Source: Octopus vulgaris (Eukaryota). From it: 64,000 nucleotides of DNA. The position numbers and the translations under genes are program-made. The stretch's first letter is position 1, and each line of letters begins with the position of its first letter. The stretch is from positions 136,710,001 through 136,774,000 of the forward strand of contig OX597816.1 in the NCBI GenBank assembly GCA_951406725.2, in the 5' to 3' direction. Positions 12,143 to 25,329 of this stretch are shown piece by piece. Under the pieces are notes generated by a model. It saw only the letters and a program-made list of their open reading frames with translations. It did no database searches and was not told the origin of the DNA.

Positions 12143-13165
12143 ATGCTTAGATAAAAAAAAAATTCGTGTTGTTTATGAATATAAGTTCCGTAGTGGAACC
12201 AATGCATATCAGACGGTTCGAAACATCAATGAGATATTTGGTGAAGATGTGGTGAATGAGCGTACTGTACGTCGATGGTTTGAGAAGTTGCGGTCTGGTG
12301 ACTTTACTCTTAAAAATCAGCCCCGTGATAGAACTGAAACCAAGGTGGATAATGATGAGCTGGAAACTGGAGTGGAAGCGGATACACCTCAAACTACGCG
12401 TGAGTTTGCAGCAAGGTTGGATGTTTCGATTCCAACTATATTGGACCATCTGAAACAAATCGGCAAGGTAAAGAAGCTGGACAAGTGGGTACCACACAAA
12501 CTGAACGATCATCAAATGACACGTCGTCTTGAAACTTGCTGTTCTTTGCTGTCATGGCATAAAACAAACCATTTTTACATCGTATTGTTACGCGTCATGA
12601 AAAATGGATTCTTTTCAACAATAGCAATCATTCTACACGGTAGTTGGATAGAGACGAAGTGCCAAAACACACCCCAAAAAAGAATATTCACCAAAAAATG
12701 ATAATTGTGTCTGTTTGGTGGTCTAGCGCTGGTGTCTTCCACTACAGTTTCATGATACCTGGTAAGTCAATTACAGCAGATGCATACATCAACTAATTGG
12801 ATGAAATGATGAGTGAACTTGCAATTAAACAACCGAGATTGGTCAATAGAGACAGGCCAATTCTCTTGCAAGATAGTGCTCAATTACATGTTGCACAAAG
12901 AACGCTACTCAAGTTACAAGAACTGAACTTGGAAGTATCCTGTCATCCACTATATTCACCAGACCTTGCATCAACTGATTATCACGTTTTCCGGGCATTA
13001 GACAACTTTTGGCAAGGAAAAAACTTCAAATGTAAAGAAGATGTAAAAACAGCCTTTCGTGATTTTATCACCTCTTGCTCTCCAGAATTCTTCGCTGCTG
13101 GCATAAATAAGCTACCGATAAAATGGCGAAATTGTGTTGATAATTTAGGTGTACACTTTGATTAA
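12143..13165 (+). pseudogene. Mariner (DD34D-type) transposase, frameshifted
   Basis: HTH NERTVRRWFEKLRSGDF, WVPHKL, LQDSAQLH and YSPDLASTDYH. The first catalytic motif has decayed to TRHEKW. Confidence 0.92.
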
Positions 13166-13241
13166 CTGCATTGCTTTTTGTTGAGATAAAGTAAAATAAA
13201 CTTATAGTTCAAAATCGGACATTTTCATCCTTAATGACATA

Positions 13242-13307
<66 letters not shown>

Positions 13308-13312
13308 CATAT

Positions 13313-13365
<53 letters not shown>

Positions 13366-13367
<2 letters not shown>

Positions 13368-15394
13368 GTGATACCTCGCAGCACGAGTTTAATTCATTCC
13401 ATGACCGAGCTCGTTTTACGATTTACTCGTTTTACTAATCAATTTTCCCCTTTGACATTAACTAAAATATAATTATTCCGCTCCAGCCCCTCCAAAACCA
13501 TCCAAAATAATTTTTTAAAACAGGAAAGTTGTACTTACAAGTAAAGTGACAATTATAAAAAATAGAATGCAAAGAAATATGTAAACTGGTTTTATTAACT
13601 GAATTACCTTAAAGATGGGACAGTTTGTGCGCGAGGAAGACGATTGAGCGAAGAGGAGGATTACTATTTGGAAGGATAATCGCCTTCTATTGGGACTTCA
13701 TGAAGAACAATTTCTGTCCTTTTCTCTCTCACTTCGCTTAATTTAGGCTTTTTGGACACACTTTCTCCACTTTTTACACTTCAGATCGCTTCATTAGAAA
13801 TATATCAAGAGAAGTCTGCTTTTTCCTGCCTTTCAAAATGTTACGAAAAGGCGCCAGGGCAGTGTCATTAAATAAAGCAGCTGCACGACTTGTAGCTACT
13901 TTTTCGGGATGATATTTTTCAGAAAGAAACTGCCACTTTGCCAACACTGCCTTTATGTCACTTTCAGAGATAGCATTCCTGCTACACTGTCCTCTGCTAT
14001 ACTGCCAGGCCACACCGATGATTTTCAGGCAGTTTACAATGTTGTAGTGCTCCTTTCAAAACTCACGAAGAGTTAGATTTGTATTTCGGTGACTTCAAAG
14101 CATCGACGAAACAGGTGTTTGGTGTACACTTTCTTAAAATTAGAGATCAGCTGTTGGCCCATGGGCTGCAAGATAAGGGTGGTGTTACGTGAAAGGTAAA
14201 TAACTTTTGTAAATTAAAATTTGTCCAGGATATCATTTTCGAGGTGCATAGGCGAGGATGAGGAGGGCCTTGAGAAGAAGATTGTTCTCCAGAAGATACT
14301 TTTTCATTGCTGGTCCCAAAGACAAGATTGGCCCACTCGGAGAAGAATTGCCTGGTGAGCCAGGCTTTAACGTTCGCCCTCCACATGACATGCAGCTTCT
14401 CCTTAAGGATTTTGCGTGGCTTGAACGCTCGTGAGTTTTCGGAATGATAGACAAGGAGCGGCCACTCGCATTGGTACAAAAGGGCGTGAGTTAGCCTATC
14501 TTTCATAGGCTTGTGGCCTGGTATTTTCTTCTCTGCAGTTGTGTAGGTCCTTCTGGGCATTTTAAAACATAGGCCAGTTTCGTCACAGTTTAATACCTGT
14601 TGTGCGTTGTAACTTTCGGCTACGATGAGCTGACGGAATTCAGGCACGAAATTTTCAGCTGCCTTCTTGTCAGGAGTCGCTGCTTCTCCATACCTGGATA
14701 CGCTATGAACACCAATCCTCTTCTTGAAATTATCAAACCAGCCGCGAATGGTCTTAAATGCGTCTGTTGATGTCTTCTCCGTCGATGTTCTCGGGTTATG
14801 ATTCAAGAAATCCCCATATAGCGCTCGTGCTTTCTCGCAAATGATGGTCTCCGTAATCGTATTCCCTGCGAGTTGCTTGGACAGTTGCTTAGAGAGCCTG
14901 GAGACACTTTTTGCTGTTGTAACTGCCTTGATCTCGTCCTTTTTCTTCAGGATGGTGTAGATTGTTGACGTGCTTCAATCGTATTGACGTGCCATGTCCA
15001 CTACACGCACTCCTCTCTCTTGTTTATCAATGAGTTTCTTCTTCAATTCTAACGTAATCAGCTTTTTCTCCTTCTCAGCACTGTCCTTTGCACTAACATG
15101 GCTAACACGACTAACTATTTTAAAATAATAGCAAAAGATGCACAAAACTAAACGACAACACTGGGAAAAACACAAGAGGGAAGCTGCAACAATGAGATAA
15201 ACACGTGAACTGAGTGAGCGGAGACTGTGCTTGTTGAGAGAGCGTGTGCGAGCTCAGCACCGACTAGCGGGCGCTTGTATGAAACTCATTCGTTTTGTGA
15301 ATTTCCGCTCGTACTTCAAAACAAAAATTCACACGAGCCCCGGTTCGTACAACAAATCACACGTACAATGGTGCACTCGTACTGCGAGGTTCTA

Positions 15395-15397
<3 letters not shown>
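13366..15397 (-). mobile_element. Tigger/pogo-family DNA transposon
   Basis: TIRs cagtgatacctcgcagcacgag / ctcgtactgcgaggttctactg. Inserted in a CA/TA microsatellite, with transposase remnants on the minus strand. Confidence 0.88.
13774..15099 (-). pseudogene. Tigger1/TIGD1-like (CENP-B HTH + DDE) transposase remnant
   Basis: Peptides KKLITLELKKKLI..ERGVRVVDMARQY, GWFDNFKKR, NCDETGL, PGHKPMKDRLT, VMWRANVKAW and KKQTSLDIF. Several frameshifts. Confidence 0.88.
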
Positions 15398-15435
<38 letters not shown>

Positions 15436-15437
<2 letters not shown>

Positions 15438-15820
15438 CGCAGGAGTGGCTGTGTGGTAAGTAGCTTGCTAACCGGGTTCAGTCCCACTGCGTGGCATCTT
15501 GGGCAAGTGTCTTCTGCTATAGCCCCGGGCCGACCAATGCCTTGTGAGTGGATTTGGCAGACGGAAACTGAAAGAAGCCTGTCGTATATATGTATATATA
15601 TATGTATGTGTGTGTGTGTGTTTGTGTGTCTGTGTCTTGACAACCGATGCTGGTGTGTTTACGTCCCCAAAACTTAACGGTTCGGCAAAAGAGACCGATA
15701 GAATAAGTACTAGGCTTACAAACAATAAGCCCTGGGGTCGATTTGCTCGACTAAAGGCGGTGCTCCAGCATGGCCGCAGTCAAATGACTGAAACAAGTAA
15801 AAGAGTAAAGAGTAAAGAGT
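15436..15820 (+). mobile_element. tRNA-derived CORE-like SINE with internal microsatellite and LINE-like 3' tail
   Basis: Head ggcgcaggagtggctgtgtggtaag, core cttgggcaagtg, tail ggcggtgctccagcatggccgcagtcaaatgactgaaac followed by (agtaaag)n. Many copies in the window. Confidence 0.88.
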
Positions 15821-16108
15821 ATATCAGTGGCGACTCCGGCACTAGGGCTCTTCGGGCTTAGCCCGAGTATAAATGTAGTAAAGTGAACGTGTGTATTTGC
15901 AAGCTGCTTTAATTTCAGCCAACACTTACTTCAAGTACATGATTGCAGCCAATAACTCGGGTTCTTTTTATTGAGTCTGGTCGCAGTTCATTTATTTTCG
16001 TTCAGCGTCTGGCGGTCGTCTTAGAAGTGTCCTGTGTCAAAAAATATCGTTCGTAGCAGACGTTCTCTCGACATCGTTCACACGCGTTTGACTCGGGCTC
16101 AGAAGTTA

Positions 16109-16478
16109 TCTCTCTATATATAAACGGCAGTTTGCTGTGCGTTTTCTGTGTGTCTGTTTTCTCGTACCCTCACCCTGACCACGGCTTTCAACCGATTCTG
16201 ATGAAACTTGACACACACATAGCCCAATGTCATAATTCAAAACTAACGCAGCGAAAATTTTGAAAAGTTCCCCCAGTTCTGAAAAATCGATAAATTCGAC
16301 ATGGGGTCGAGAATCAGAAACCCAAACCACAGACCGTCTAGGGGACGCAACTCCACCTTTTTTAACTCTCAAAAAAAAATTTACCATCATTTTTTTTCTA
16401 TTTTTTGGCTATAACTCTCTAAAATGCTTTATAGTTATTTCCCTTACAAACCTGAGCAACGCCGGGCGATACTGCTAG
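16109..16478 (+). mobile_element. Non-autonomous Helitron
   Basis: 5' TC (tctctctatatataaa), 3' degenerate hairpin cctgagcaacgccggg then CTAG. Sits between A and T with no TSD. Confidence 0.82.
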
Positions 16479-16769
16479 TATATAATAAAAGGAGATGAAA
16501 TGGACAATAGCACTTCAATCCGTGCTGCATGTTTCCACAGCATGATGTAATAGCAGCCGGATGCCCAAAGTAGTGTCCGGCTTTTTGTAAATCATGAATA
16601 AAATACTATGCCATTGAAACATATGTACCATGGATTGAACTGCTACTGTCCATACATTCTTTTTATTAAATTTCTTTACCGCATAATATACTGACTAATT
16701 TTACTAAGATTGGAATTGTGGAGTACCCAATAAAATTAAATAATCGTTCCTAATCTTAGATAGATAGAT

Positions 16770-16861
<92 letters not shown>

Positions 16862-17424
16862 TGATAGGCGCAAGCATGGCTGTGTGGGAAGAAGTTTGTT
16901 TCCGAGCCACATGGTTCCCACCGTATGGCACCCTGGGCTAGTGCCTTCTACTATAGCAGAAAAACCAGCATTCTAAAATTAAAATTTAAAGTTTTTTTTT
17001 CTTCTCTCTGCACTTACTCACCTTTTCAACTTTGTCCGGCCGTTCAAAGTGCAACAGAATTATGGCGCCGAAGTCTAGTCGTTTAAACGTATTTCTTATC
17101 GTTTCTATTTTTCTATACATTTCTTGAAGTAAATGCTTTTCCTTTGGTGAGAATTCTAACAATATGTACACTGTGAAGTAGAGTCTTGTGTTTTTTTTAT
17201 TCTATTCTACTTATTTATTGTTGATTGAATATATTTTTGTTAACCTAAAAATTAGATTGTCGGAAAATAAAATTTTTTTTTACAATCACAATTTCCGTTT
17301 TTGTTAACGTGAAATTATAAAAAAAATTCAAGAGATTTCGCTGTTATTTCTAACATGTGAGAAGACTTTTAGGCTTAACTTCATGCGCTGGTTGAAAAAC
17401 CACCTAAAAAAATTCTGGGGTCAA

Positions 17425-18570
17425 TACATTCGACTAAAAACTCTTCAAGGCGGTGCCCCAGCATGGCCACAGTCTGGTGGTTTGACAAATACAAAGAAAA
17501 AACCCCAAATATATCACAGAGGTGGTTTTGACCAGGCTTAAAAAATTTCTAGGTTTCATACATTCGACTAAAAACTCTTCAAGGCGGTGCCCCAGCATGG
17601 CCACAGTCTGGTGGTTTGACAAATACAAAGAAAAAACCCCAAATATATCACAGTGGTGGTTTTGACCAGGCTTAAAAAATTTCTAGGTTTCATACATTCA
17701 ACTAAAAACTCTTCAAGGCGGTGCCCCAGCATGGCCACAGTCTGGTGGTTTGACAAATACAAAGAAAAAACCCCAAATATATCACAGTGGTGGTTTTGAC
17801 CAGGCTTAAAAAATTTCTAGGTTTCATACATTCAACTAAAAACTCTTCAAGGCGGTGCCCCAGCATGGCCACAGTCTGGTGGTTTGACAAATACAAAGAA
17901 AAAACCCCAAATATATCACAGTAGTGGTTTTGACCAGGCTTAAAAAATTTCTAGGTTTCATACATTCAACTAAAAACTCTTCAAGGCGGTGCCCCAGCAT
18001 GGCCACAGTCTGGTGGTTTGACAAATACAAAGAAAAAACCCCAAATATATCACAGTGGTGGTTTTGACCAGGCTTTAAAAATTTCTAGGTTTCATACATT
18101 CGACTAAAAACTCTTCAAGGCGGTGCCCCAGCATGGCCACAGTCTGGTGGTTTGACAAATACAAAGAAAAAACCCCAAATATATCACAGTGGTGGTTTTG
18201 ACCAGGCTTAAAAAATTTCTAGGTTTCATACATTCGACTAAAAACTCTTCAAGGCGGTGCCCCAGCATGGCCACAGTCTGGTGGTTTGACAAATACAAAG
18301 AAAAAACCCCAAATATATCACAGTGGTGGTTTTGACCAGGCTTAAAAAATTTCTAGGTTTCATACATTCGACTAAAAATTCTTCAAGGCGGTGCCCCAGC
18401 ATGGCCACAGTCTGGTGGTTTGACAAATACAAAGAAAAAACCCCAAATATATCACAGTGGTGGTTTTGACCAGGCTTAAAAAATTTCTAGGTTTCATACA
18501 TTCGACTAAAAATTCTTCAAGGCAGTACCCCAGCATAGCCACAGTCTAATCACTAAAACAAGTAAAAGGA
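17425..18570 (+). repeat. 134-bp tandem repeat (8 full periods, 9 copies of the core) derived from the SINE 3' half
   Basis: Core starts at 17434, 17568, 17702, 17836, 17970, 18104, 18238, 18372 and 18506. Each has cttcaaggcggtgccccagcatggccacagtc (degenerate in the last). The last copy ends in the normal SINE terminus aaacaagtaaaag. Confidence 0.95.
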
Positions 18571-20194
18571 GATTAAAAAAAAAAACGAAAAAATAACCGA
18601 AAAATATAACTGAAGATGTTTTGTCCACTTCTACACATTAACTATGGGGTTTTGTCCGAGGGGCTTTTGTCCTAGGGGGGATTTTGTCCTACACTCAATG
18701 TCACAACATAGCCCACAGATATCACCACGAGTAACATGTATCAACATTTTTCTGTGCCAGATGGAATGAAATAGAAATTTATCCTGCCTCCTTTTCTGAG
18801 AGATTAATAAATTCTCAACATTCCGGTTGAAAGTTCGTTTATTTGTTTAAAGCTGAAAACTTTGATAAAAAAGTAAGTTTTAAGGTGGAACTGTTTAGGG
18901 AAGATAGATTTTGCAAAGATAATCCTAAATATTATTTTCTCTGTGTATAGTATTTGCTGGGTGCTACCTCTTTTCATGTTAGATATCGACTTTCTGGGGC
19001 TTGCAAGTTCGTATGTCGTGTATTGCATCCCCGTCAGAGAGATTTTGCTACGAATGAGACAGGTTATAGCTCTCGAAACTAGATGTTAATTTATAGTTAT
19101 TTTAAAGTTAATTTACAGAGTGATTTACTGTGAATCACAGCGTAATTTACTGTTAAGTTACTGTGAGTGAATTCAAATTTGTTCATTGGCAAGATCCAAT
19201 AATATCTTATCCAGGAGGTCTTTTATAATTGTTCTGTTTGCAATAAAAGAAATTGCTATTGAAAATGATGTCTTAGAAATCGAGCTATGAGAAGAATATT
19301 TATTTGGCGAGGTCTGGTGGAGAATGGCTGCGCCCATTGCCTTTGTAGGTCTACCTGAGGCCAGTGAGACCAGTACGGTTAATGTTACTTCTGAAGATAA
19401 TAAATAAATGATTTAAGAAATTTTAAAATTACGTCAAAATTTTCAAATTTGGTATATTGAAATGATTTTCCACCTTAAATCCGATTTTGTTATTTATTTG
19501 TTCCAGAAAATAAAATGTTACTGGGGTTTAAAGTTTAAACAATTTTACCTAACCAGAAAACAGGATTTTGGAAGCTGGCATTTTCTGCATGATAGATGTC
19601 TATCACAAAATGAAAGGAAAATCATTACGAGGTGGAATTTTCATTAAACAAACAAAAGCAAAGCATTACGACGATCAAACTTGCAAGAACTTCTGAAGTT
19701 TTAATGAATAAAGCCATGGGAACCGGTCGAACAAACATGTAAATAATTTAAAAAGGAAAAAGATAGTCAAGGAAGTTTTTTTGCGAAAAATTGCCCAAAT
19801 CTGTCCTGCTCAAGAGGTCTATCTGTCGGGAAAGGCATGGTCTGATATGGAATAAATAAAAATTTATATAAGACATTCTACTGTAAAAATTGCCCTACAA
19901 CGGCGGGCTATCCATCTATGAAAGAAAATCTATTGTGTTATTGTTTCATTACGTTGGTAAAGTTTTAATAAATCTTAAACGGTGATTTGAAAACAAATGT
20001 AAAAACACTTGTTAGTTTTACATCTGTTGTTGGACATATTATAACAGCTTACGATAGTTAATTCACTAAAGCGTGTGCGTTAAGTGATAGGTAAAAATTA
20101 CAGAACAAAGTATTAAAATTTACTGTTTTTTTAAGTAAACACATTCTCTCTTTCCTGCTCTGTTCTCACTTTTCTCTCTCTCTCTCTCTCTCTC

Positions 20195-20264
<70 letters not shown>

Positions 20265-20616
20265 GCACGCACACGCGCACACGTTCCCTGTCTCTTCCTG
20301 TTTCCTCCCTTTCCCTGATATCAGCCACCCTCATTAGAGCAATTCGACGACCAAAGTTGTAAGAACTGAAGTTTTATTAAGTTTTAATGCATAAAGTCAT
20401 ACGAAGACGGAAAATGTTGCTGAAGAGGTCACAGATGTGTGACGAAAGATTTCCGGACAATGGACATGAGTTAGAATAAGAACAGTAATAAACGAATATA
20501 TAGAGCGTGTGGCAAAAAATATATAGAGCGTGTGGCAAAAAAAAAAAAAATTACCATCCCGAAATACATGTTTCAACACACGGTTTCACATCAGAAATCT
20601 GGCAACACAAATTCAT

Positions 20617-20652
<36 letters not shown>

Positions 20653-20705
20653 GTGAGTCGACAAACGAAAGAAGTGCACTGAATACATTTATTGGTAGTT
20701 ACATG

Positions 20706-21078
20706 TATGGATCAAAATAGTTTGATTCAAATTCATTGTACTCCGAGAGTTTCAAGCGTGATGCTAATCTTGAGCCATGTTGAGTTTGAATGAAAGAAGG
20801 TGATGGTTATTACTGTAAGGTGGGATGGGATTGGTCGAGGAAGGTCACGTGATGTCGTGGTTTGATGTTGGTATAACCGTTTATCAGTGACGACAGTTAG
20901 TTGGAAAACACCGCATGGTGACCAGAAAATCGACGACGTGATGAACAGGAAATCGACCGCGTGGTGGACAGGAAATTGGTCAGGTTGTTGGAGGGAGGTA
21001 GGCTGATATGGCTGAAGATTAGCATCACGCTTGAATCTCGGAGTACCAACGAATTTGGATCAAACTATTTTGATCCAT
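20706..21078. repeat. ~70-bp inverted repeat pair, each arm carrying a damaged hammerhead motif (Penelope-like)
   Basis: 20706-20778 is the reverse complement of 21008-21078. Consensus tgg-CTGAAGA-ttagcatcacgctt-GAAA-ctc tcg gag-TA-cca. Confidence 0.7.
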
Positions 21079-21191
21079 ATATATATTACTCTTTACTCTT
21101 TACTCTTTTACTTGTTTCAGTCATTTGACTGCGGCCATGCTGGAGCACCAATATATATATATTGGAAGGTTTGGAGATGATGTACAGGTAT

Positions 21192-21394
21192 TATATATTA
21201 GAAGAAATGAGGTAATCAGAAGATCGGATGGTTCATATTTATAGATATTTATTTATATATTACATTTTTTACATATATATATCATATCATTCAGATCATA
21301 TCTGAATGATATGATATATATATATGTAAAAAATGTAATATATAAATAAATATCTATAAATATGAACCATCCGATCTTCTGATTACCTCATTTC

Positions 21395-21406
<12 letters not shown>
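21192..21406. repeat. Near-perfect palindrome, ~105-bp arms with a 3-nt loop
   Basis: Centre ttcagat-cat-atctgaa at 21298. The arms differ only by one AT unit in an internal (AT)n run. Confidence 0.92.
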
Positions 21407-21470
<64 letters not shown>

Positions 21471-21556
21471 GGAGTAAACACATAAATGTGAAACAAGGTG
21501 GAAAAAAGAGTACTCAAATACCAGATTTTGTTGAATTTTCTGCTGCTTAAAATAAA

Positions 21557-21608
<52 letters not shown>

Positions 21609-22062
21609 ATGTATATGTATGTGTGTGTGTGTGTGTGTGTGCGTGTGTATGGAACTAAATTGAGGACTCGGTGTACTCGAGAGCTTGTAGATAATTTACT
21701 GTTTTCTATCAATTTGTTCGGATTTTGTTAATTGTGATTATTTCTTCGGTACCTTCCAGTAAGTAACTGACTAGTGGTGCACCCTATAGGAATACTAATA
21801 AATTATATCGCCATTTCGTCATCCAAATAAGCAGTATTGTTTAATGATATCGGTCAATCTGCAACTAAGATCTCAGTAGCAACATTAGTTATGCACAGCA
21901 TGCATATAATAAATGAAGGTGAATAGACAATGGAAGTTCAATACATGCTACAGGTGTAATATACTAATTGCGGACATATTACCATGCTATTGGAACTTTT
22001 GTAGCATGTATTGAATTGTCAGTCCGTTCATTTTCATTTATTTTATGTGCGTATGTGTAAAC

Positions 22063-22335
22063 GTGAAGGCGCATGGCTCAGTGGTTAGAGCGTCGAGCTT
22101 ACAATCGTGAGATTGTGAGTTCGATTCCCGGACCGGGCTGCATGTTGTGTTCTTGAGCAAGGCACTTTATTTCACGTTGCTCCAGTTAACTCACCTGTAG
22201 AAATGAGTTGCGACATCACTGGTGCCAAACTGTATCGGCCTTTGCCTTTCCCTTGGTAACATCAGTGGTATGGAGAGGGGAGGTTGGTATGCATGGGCGA
22301 CTGCTGGTTTTCCATAAACAACCTTGTCCGGACTT
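22063..22335 (+). mobile_element. tRNA-derived SINE (same family as 5570-5910), 3'-truncated
   Basis: gtgaaggcgcatggctcagtggttagagcgtcgagcttac...gttcgattcccggacc, with a body matching the 5570 copy. Confidence 0.88.
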
Positions 22336-22974
22336 ACACACAAGTACATGTCATACCTTAGCGCTTGTCATATAAATTTATTGCTGAATATTTTTTGTGG
22401 TTGAAATTAAAATAAGAATTATTACAAAAAGTTTTGGATGTTTAAAGCCGATTGAAGTTATTTTATTTTTTAATGCTTGTGGGTGGGGAAGAGCAGTTTA
22501 AATGTAAATACGTTTTTAATTCTTACATCTAAATACAAGTTAAAAATAAATGGTGACAGAGTTCACGAACCATGCGATTTTCCTAAAGTGCTTATAGTTC
22601 TGCTTTATGAATAGATAGTGTCTTGGTGGCTATTAACAGTTAATTTCAAAGCTGGAAAGCTACAAGTATATAAATATTTGACAAATATAGAAATGTATTG
22701 TTAGTTAAGCAAAAGGTTAAACACCAAATATATATTTACACGTTTAACAAAGTAGGGAGAGAATAGATTTCAGGGTGAATAGAGCTGAGAGGCCAGTAAT
22801 ATTTTCTTTTCTTTCTTTCTTTTTTTTTTCTATTTTTTTAAACATATTTTTAATTACATTCTTCAATCTAAATTTGAAATAATTCAAAAAGAGAAAACAA
22901 AGTTAAAAAATAGGCGACATCGATCCATTTTGTCACCCTTCTCCTGCCTATGATTTCGTATGATACGAAGTAAA

Positions 22975-23369
22975 TCTCTATATATAAAGCTGAAGTTGTC
23001 TGTGTATGGCGGGTTTGGTAGCTTTCAACTAACACTATCTCCTCCGAAACCCTGTGGCGCAAGTTGACCAAAATTGAGATTATGATAGAAGAAGGCTTGC
23101 TCTTCCTTCCGTAGAAGAAAACATTCAAATCGGAGCATGTTAACACCAAAAATTGTTTACATCAAAAAGGTGCTTTTTTCTATGAAAAACCCTATTTTTT
23201 ACGATTTTTTGACTGCTGTGTCGCCATTTTTCGGTGTATTTCAACTAGAAAAATGTTCACTTAAAGAGAATAACAAGCTACATAATGCAAAATTTGTACT
23301 TTTCGAAAATTCCACTTCTAAAGGATCAAAAAGAAAACAAACCCGAGCAACGATGGGCTATACTGCTAG
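22975..23369 (+). mobile_element. Non-autonomous Helitron
   Basis: A|tctctatatataaa at the start and acccgagcaacgatggg-ctatactgCTAG|T at the end. The terminus resembles that of the 16109 element. Confidence 0.8.
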
Positions 23370-23719
23370 TAGAATTAAAAGATAACATTAGCATTAGTTT
23401 CTATATTTAGAAATATCACTTCTACTACGTTTTACAGATGAAGATAATTAAAGACACAAATAGGAAATTAATCATTTTGACAAATACAAAAGGAAAAAAT
23501 AAAACATTCATATTTTACAGTAGAACAAGGTCATACAATTTGAAAGTGGGGAAAAGGTGAACTTGTGTAAAACGGTCGCAGTTAACAGGTATCATTTTAT
23601 CGACAACAGATGAAAATAATGTAAAGGTGATCCCCGAATGTTTTGGACTAAGAACGTACCGCAAGGTATTTTGTCCAGTTGTCTACCATCGATTGTACTA
23701 TGCGTTACCGTTTGAGACC

Positions 23720-23861
23720 CAAGGAAGGAAGGAAGGAAGGAAAGAAGGAAGGAAGGAAGGTAAGAAGAAAGAAGAAAGAAAGAGAGAAAGGGAGAAAGGA
23801 AGGAAAAACAGAAAGAAAGAAAGAAAGAAAGAAGGAAAGGTTGGAAGAAAGAAAGGAAGGT

Positions 23862-23895
<34 letters not shown>

Positions 23896-24045
23896 GCATG
23901 AGGAAACAAAAAAGAAAGGCAGGAGGAAGGAAGGAAAGTAGAAAGAAAGAAAGAAATGCGGAAGGAAGGAAAGAAAGGCGGGGAGACAGGCAGCTAGGAA
24001 AGTAGGAAGGAAAGGAAGAAGAAAAGGAGGAAAGAAGAAAAGAAA
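23720..24045. repeat. Polypurine (GGAA/GAAA)n tract
   Basis: Directly visible low-complexity tract. Confidence 0.9.
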
Positions 24046-24865
24046 ATGTATCGCTTTGTGTACTATGGTTTATTCGTTCAGTTGATTTATTGTGATTACG
24101 AAACTTTTTGGCAGTGCTGTTTCGGCGCCGCCTATTTGGCATTGCTGATTCAATGATGACTTATATGACATCAAACGTTTTAATGTTTCTCTCATTCTTT
24201 TCTTTTGTCTCTCTCTCTCTCTTTCTGTGTTTTTGTGTGTGAGCACATTTCTATGTGTATATGTATATTTCTGCGTGTGCATGCGCGCGCGTATGTGTGT
24301 GTGTGTGTTTACCTCCAGTGCCAAAAAGTACTGTCGGCAAAGCAGACTGAATGTCCAGTCAGCGTCCAAACAGCCGCGCCCGATCGTCTCGTTTTGACTT
24401 AGTCCAAACCTCGTCATATTACACGATTGACATTTTTCAAACTTTTCGTTTAAATATTCCAACTGGTTAAACTAAAAGTACAGGACTTCACCAACGAGTG
24501 AAACACACGAGAGATAAGTACAGGACAAAATAGCAAAAAATAGCAAAAAATACACAAGCATGAAATAGGGAATAGTAAAAAAGTCGACAACTGAAGAGGA
24601 GTTATCTTCTTTTGGTGCTTTGTTTTGTACTTATTTCTCGCTGGGTTGCGTATTTTTCATTCGTTGGTGATGTCCTGTACTTAGTGTGTGTGTATGTGTG
24701 TGTGTGTGTGTGTGTATACATACATACATTATATATATGTATGTGTGTGTGTATGTGTGTGTATGTATGTATGTATGTATGTATGTATGTATGTATGTAT
24801 GTATGCATGTATGCATGCATGTATGTATGTATGTATGTATGTATGTATGTGTGTGTGTGTGTGTG

Positions 24866-25058
24866 TGTTTGTGTCTGTTTGTCCCGAAATTACCGCTTCA
24901 CAACCGGTCTTGGTGTGTTTATATCCCCATAACTCAGTGGTTCGGGAAAAAGACCTATAAAATAAGTACTAGGCTTTAAAAAAAAGTCCTTCAAGGCGGT
25001 GCTCCAGCATGGCAGCAGTCAAATGACTGAATAAATAACGATAAAAAGAATAAAGAAT
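24866..25058 (+). mobile_element. 3' half of the CORE-like SINE
   Basis: cttcaaggcggtgctccagcatggcagcagtcaaatgactgaa tail following a long microsatellite. Confidence 0.75.
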
Positions 25059-25329
25059 ACATATATATGAATATATATGCTTTATCTGATAACCCCTGAA
25101 AGAGAAGGACTCTAGAGAGATGCATATTTAGCATTGCATACTTTACGAATCTCCTGTGTTGTTTTTTTGTTTATAACCCCCATAACTTAGTAGTTCGACA
25201 AAACAGTCTGGTAGAAGTACCCGACTTAAAAATATAGGTACAGGGGTCGATTTGGTCGAATAATCCAACAAAACTGAAATAATTAAAAGAGTAAAAGAAT
25301 GAAAATACAAAAATGATTTTCCTTTAAGT

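Noticed and set aside
17425-18570. CRISPR-like regular array and six repeated 64-aa ORFs
   Set aside because: The units are identical end to end with no unique spacers, there are no cas genes, and the context is eukaryotic. The ORFs are by-products of the repeat.
19790-19960. TFYCKNCPTTAG peptide resembling a piggyBac C-terminal cysteine-rich domain
   Set aside because: Too short and decayed, with no TTAA-flanked TIRs or DDD core identified.
22063-22140. tRNA-like sequence (also 5835-5910 reverse and the heads at 15436 and 26161)
   Set aside because: It continues directly into SINE bodies, and one copy has a TSD. These are SINE heads, not tRNA genes.
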